The notes under the pieces: generated by a model
Seen by the model: only the letters and a program-made list of their open reading frames with translations
What the model was told of the DNA's origin: nothing
Databases searched by the model: none
Shown here: positions 60,194 through 64,000 of the stretch, in pieces
How the letters are laid out: each line of letters opens with the position of its first letter
Position numbering within the stretch: the first letter of the stretch is position 1
Source of the DNA: a virus
Length of the DNA stretch: 64,000 nucleotides
Strand: one strand, 5' to 3'
IMG/VR virus record: IMGVR_UViG_3300025012_000031
Coordinates: 64,001-128,000 of that record
Program-made: the position numbers and the translations under genes

Positions 60194-60533
60194 TTCATCA
60201 CCTCGTTTATTTGTTTAGATAAGCATTGTATACCAATCCGTCATACAAGTCAATAATAAAACAAAAGAGCAGACGATTATTTTTATCGTCTGCTCCTTTG
60301 TTTGGGTGTTATATATTTTTAGTTATCGGATTATTCATCCTCCTCGAAAGTAGTACCCGCGATACTTTTCAGTCGGTGCGACATATTGCCGGGACGACTA
60401 TAACGCTCCCGATCAAATTCATGCCGATGAGGACGAGACTTCGGTCCGCCGCTGTTTTTGAAAAATTTGTTCCGTCCCTTTTCGTTGCTGAGGTCAACAC
60501 AGCCGTCCATGATCTTTTTCTCCTGTTAGTTGT

Positions 60534-61808
60534 TTACGAAATGACCGCTACAAGGCGGCTCTTGAAATCCTTCTCTGCGTGTGCAAAGGCCTGGACATAT
60601 TGATTGAATGCCGCTTCTCGTGGATTCTTTGCATTGGTGACATCGATCACTGCATGTTTTGCTACCGCGGTTGCCATCCTCCACCGATGATCTTGCTCGG
60701 AGGTTAACGGATGATCACACATACAACATGCATGATATTCTGGCCATTGCTCGGAGCGGATTGCTTTAACGAGGGCCATTACTTTCCGACCTTTCATCTC
60801 TGCAATGTAATGCATCTGCATATGATATCTTGCAACCGTGAGAACGAGTTTATTTGTGTGGCGATCAAATGTCTGATCCTTCAACCACTCTTCGGCGATG
60901 TCTTTACTCCTGAGCTCATGACCATAATGATGTGGGAGAATTTCGGGTTTGGTTGTTGCTTTCCCAAAGTCATGACACATGCAGGCGATGAAGCAAGAGA
61001 AGCTGTACTCATTTTCCTGGCATCGGTCAATCACTTCCATCGTATGTTCAAATGCCGTGTTACCGTGATGCCACTGAATCGGACCAGCGGTGACATAACG
61101 AAGATCATCGAGCGGTTTGATGATGTACTTAAGAGCATCAATTTCCGCAAGTACTTTGAAGAAAGAAGATGCCGGGAACTTATTCTGGGCTTTCCACAAT
61201 TTCTCGAGCTCCAGAACAATTCTTTCCTTTGTAACAAATTGCAGCTTATGAGCGGCCGCCTTCATCAGAGACAATGTGTTGTCGTCAAAGGTGAATCCTA
61301 AACGTGCATGCAATCTTGCACCACGAAGGATGCGGACGGGGTCTTCAAGAAATGCCTTTTCAAAAACGGTCCTTAAGATGCCGGCCTTACAATCGGGAAT
61401 ACCACCGAAGGGATCAACGAATGTTTCTGTTTGCATGTGCCAAGCAATCGAGTTGACTGTGAAGTCACGACGGCCGAGGTCTTCAATCAGAGGAACACCG
61501 ACGCGATCAACAACGAAGTCTCCATATCCATCACCGGTGGAACGCTCGGTGCGGGTCAGCGCAATCTCTGACTTGAAGTCGGACATAAACACCGGGAAAT
61601 CTTTACCAACCCTGGGCCATGCCGGAAACGCTTCCCTGAGTTGCTCTTCCGTTGCTTCAACTACGATGTCCATGTCATTGGGCATCAGGCCGATATGCTT
61701 GTCTCGGCAAAATCCACCAACGATGTATGTCATTGGATGAAGAGCGCCGAGCAAATGTTTTCTTCCATATATTTCTTCGGTCGTTACGTGCATTGTGTTT
61801 CCTTTCAT
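60534..61808 (-). CDS. cca: CCA-adding tRNA nucleotidyltransferase with HD domain
   Basis: VGG..RD...D.D.VV, VGKDFPVF, DL.RRDFT.N, EDP.R.LR..R, ER...E..K, HD.GK, H.GHE. Confidence 0.93.
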   Translation of the reverse strand: MKGNTMHVTTEEIYGRKHLLGALHPMTYIVGGFCRDKHIGLMPNDMDIVVEATEEQLREAFPAWPRVGKDFPVFMSDFKSEIALTRTERSTGDGYGDFVVDRVGVPLIEDLGRRDFTVNSIAWHMQTETFVDPFGGIPDCKAGILRTVFEKAFLEDPVRILRGARLHARLGFTFDDNTLSLMKAAAHKLQFVTKERIVLELEKLWKAQNKFPASSFFKVLAEIDALKYIIKPLDDLRYVTAGPIQWHHGNTAFEHTMEVIDRCQENEYSFSCFIACMCHDFGKATTKPEILPHHYGHELRSKDIAEEWLKDQTFDRHTNKLVLTVARYHMQMHYIAEMKGRKVMALVKAIRSEQWPEYHACCMCDHPLTSEQDHRWRMATAVAKHAVIDVTNAKNPREAAFNQYVQAFAHAEKDFKSRLVAVIS

Positions 61809-61923
61809 TGTTGGGTAAATTATATATCATTACTTTTCATATGTAAATAGAAAAATACATCACTCCTATTATTTTCTTTTGATAAATAATCTAAATTTCT
61901 AATCACATTGGGAGTATACATAA

Positions 61924-64000
61924 ATGAAGAAACATCTTAACAATTATCTTATCGAGAATTCGATGTTCACCGATGCTGCAGGCAGAGCAAAGCTTGTACC
62001 AAAGGACCCAGATAAAACTCTCGGTAACCTTTTCGTTATTAACTTCCTTGGATTTTTAGCGCTCTATCAGGTCAACCCAAAACACTCCAGATTAGTTAAC
62101 TATCTCCGCAAGTATCCCGTTAAAATCGGGAGCATCGATGATACAGGTAGTGACCTTACTCTTATTATCAAAATTCTTAATGATGAAGGTATCTTGAATG
62201 ATGCCTACACCACGAGATACACAAAACTACTTGCCCTTATGAAGCAGGGGTCTATTGATAAGCTTGATGAAGAGGTGATCAAAGATCTTCTCAAACCAAT
62301 CAAATTCTCTCAGATGTGGACCAGCCCAAAACTATACTCTCTTGTGAATAGTTTTAAAAAGGGCGATACGAACCTCCTCGGTATGATCAAGCCGATCTAT
62401 GAACATGCCCGTCGTCTAAAATACGCTGATGAGTTTAGAGATGTCGCTCGCCATGTTGTTCATGACATCAATGACCCAAAATCTCCGATTGTGGCGGCCG
62501 TTGATACCGGTAAACCCGCAGCTCCTGTCACCCAGCCTGCAGTCGGAAACTCGAATACACAACAAACGGTACCAACACAAGCTGCTGCTCCAGTAACACC
62601 AATCAATCCCCCGCCTCAACCAGTCAAAGTAAGGTTCTCTGGTACCGGCATTGATGAGCTTGATTATAATGACCTCTCCAAAAAATTACCAATTAGTAAT
62701 GCTGAAGACGGCGCAACTATCTTCATGCGATTAATTGATTCTAATGGGGCCGCGGCCTTCACTAGTGTGTTAGAGACAGTGAAAATATCGCTCGCTGAAT
62801 TATCAACGAATGTTTTTGTCAGGGCAGCAGCGATTCGGATCGTCGATAAAAATAACGATCCAACTAACGGCCCAATTCTTACTGCGGCAATCAAACTATT
62901 CCATGACGATTATATTTCGTATGATGTGATCAACGGTCCACTCACAAGAATGTCCCCATATGGGTTCTCTAACATCTACAATGCGACCGTTAAACTTTGG
63001 TTCAACGAAGGTCGTTTTGATGCAAAAAATCTTGATCACTTAAGAATGATTGTTATAACTGGGGCCGCTTTAACACAACCAATATTCATTGCACGTGGTG
63101 ATAATGTTAAGGGTGGTCTTGATGTTATTGATAAATGTAAAAAAAGATTACTAAATGACACGGTAGAATTTTTAAAGGACCTTTTCTCGATTGATAATGG
63201 TTACGGAACTTGGATTGTACAAAGACTTCGATTGAACAGTTCACTTTATGGTAACTATCAGACATGGAAGTTCTTTCTCATAGATACACTTGTTAGAAAT
63301 ATCGCCGTGGATGGGGATAACATCGATTGGAATGTTGTACTTAAAGCATGCCAAAGTGATCCGACTATGTTTGAAGAATTTGGACTCCTATATGCGCGGA
63401 TGTTCGATTTTAGAAAAGATACATTCGAAAGTATGAAGGGCGCTGTTAAGGCTGCTGGTCTGTTTGGCACAGGCAACTTTGCACATGGGGCTACTATTAC
63501 TGACTTCCCGACATTCCAAATAAACGAGTTCCTCGTTAGATACATCGCCGGTGAGATCGGCGCTGGTAATTTTGATTATTCTTTTAAAGATGAACTCATT
63601 AAACAAGGTGGAATTCTTAAAGTCTTAAAAGAAGATGGTCGCTTTTATGATAAGTTCTGTTCGATGTTGACGAAAGATGCTATTCAATATAGTCGCGTGC
63701 AGGATATATGGAAGCGCGGGGGACCAATTGAAATATTAAACTTTGATGATGGGTTGATGATTTCAGTTATTGGCCAAATTAATATTGCCAAACATATTTA
63801 CATGTCTGGTTATGCAGAAGCAATGATCACTAATCTCCAACGAGGATTTGAAAAATCACCAGCTTTCAAAGAGGCATTCATTGCAAGAGCAAAACCGCTC
63901 GACAGCAATCCATCTGGTGTTTATAATGTCGGTTATGGCGATGTGCTTATTGGCGCAAAAACAATGAAAAGACTCTTTGGGAAAGATTATCTCCAACAGT
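61924..64000 (+). CDS. Large late protein, partial (runs off right edge), CTS-like N-terminus
   Basis: GGAG RBS; MKKHLNNYLIE...; GATAAATA late-like promoter near 61881; Pro/Ala/Thr-rich linker near 62500-62620. Confidence 0.6.
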   Translation, partial: MKKHLNNYLIENSMFTDAAGRAKLVPKDPDKTLGNLFVINFLGFLALYQVNPKHSRLVNYLRKYPVKIGSIDDTGSDLTLIIKILNDEGILNDAYTTRYTKLLALMKQGSIDKLDEEVIKDLLKPIKFSQMWTSPKLYSLVNSFKKGDTNLLGMIKPIYEHARRLKYADEFRDVARHVVHDINDPKSPIVAAVDTGKPAAPVTQPAVGNSNTQQTVPTQAAAPVTPINPPPQPVKVRFSGTGIDELDYNDLSKKLPISNAEDGATIFMRLIDSNGAAAFTSVLETVKISLAELSTNVFVRAAAIRIVDKNNDPTNGPILTAAIKLFHDDYISYDVINGPLTRMSPYGFSNIYNATVKLWFNEGRFDAKNLDHLRMIVITGAALTQPIFIARGDNVKGGLDVIDKCKKRLLNDTVEFLKDLFSIDNGYGTWIVQRLRLNSSLYGNYQTWKFFLIDTLVRNIAVDGDNIDWNVVLKACQSDPTMFEEFGLLYARMFDFRKDTFESMKGAVKAAGLFGTGNFAHGATITDFPTFQINEFLVRYIAGEIGAGNFDYSFKDELIKQGGILKVLKEDGRFYDKFCSMLTKDAIQYSRVQDIWKRGGPIEILNFDDGLMISVIGQINIAKHIYMSGYAEAMITNLQRGFEKSPAFKEAFIARAKPLDSNPSGVYNVGYGDVLIGAKTMKRLFGKDYLQQ

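Noticed and set aside
282-61850. Plus-strand ORFs in the supplied track
   Set aside because: They are antisense shadows of minus-strand genes or tRNAs and lack RBS or motifs; only the ORF starting at 61924 is credible on the + strand.
1-64000. Stop-codon reassignment
   Set aside because: Conserved genes are full length under code 11, TAG, TGA and TAA all terminate genes, and no suppressor tRNA was seen.
1-64000. CRISPR array or rRNA
   Set aside because: No regularly spaced direct repeats or rRNA motifs were seen; the recurrent motifs are tRNA T-loops and promoters.

Overview
This 64 kb window comes from a large T4-like (Straboviridae-like or jumbo) dsDNA phage. Almost everything is on the minus strand and the standard genetic code is used. 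It carries T4-type late promoters (TATAAATA), sigma70 early promoters and a gp23/gp24 capsid paralog. There are two tRNA arrays: about 26 tRNAs at 871-12310 and about 12 at 24235-29284, plus several aberrant tRNA-like RNAs. It also encodes seven free-standing homing-type endonucleases, an RNA repair toolkit (two RNA ligases, a PNK-like kinase, a CCA-adding enzyme) and a complete four-enzyme NAD+ salvage route (PncA, PncB, NadD, NadE). Candidate anti-defence phosphodiesterases and many small proteins with T4 capsid-targeting-like N-termini are also present. Main discovery: each tRNA array is preceded by a late promoter, a 30-35 codon leader peptide and mutually exclusive antiterminator/terminator hairpins. 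The amino-acid content of each leader mirrors the tRNA identities of its own downstream array, which suggests ribosome-mediated attenuators that switch on phage tRNA supply when those tRNAs are depleted. Second theme: homing endonucleases inserted into genes (pncB, a radical SAM gene, tRNAs) carry a recoded replacement of the part they displaced, and the old fragment is left behind. All calls were made by eye from motifs and base-pairing; no database search or folding program was run.
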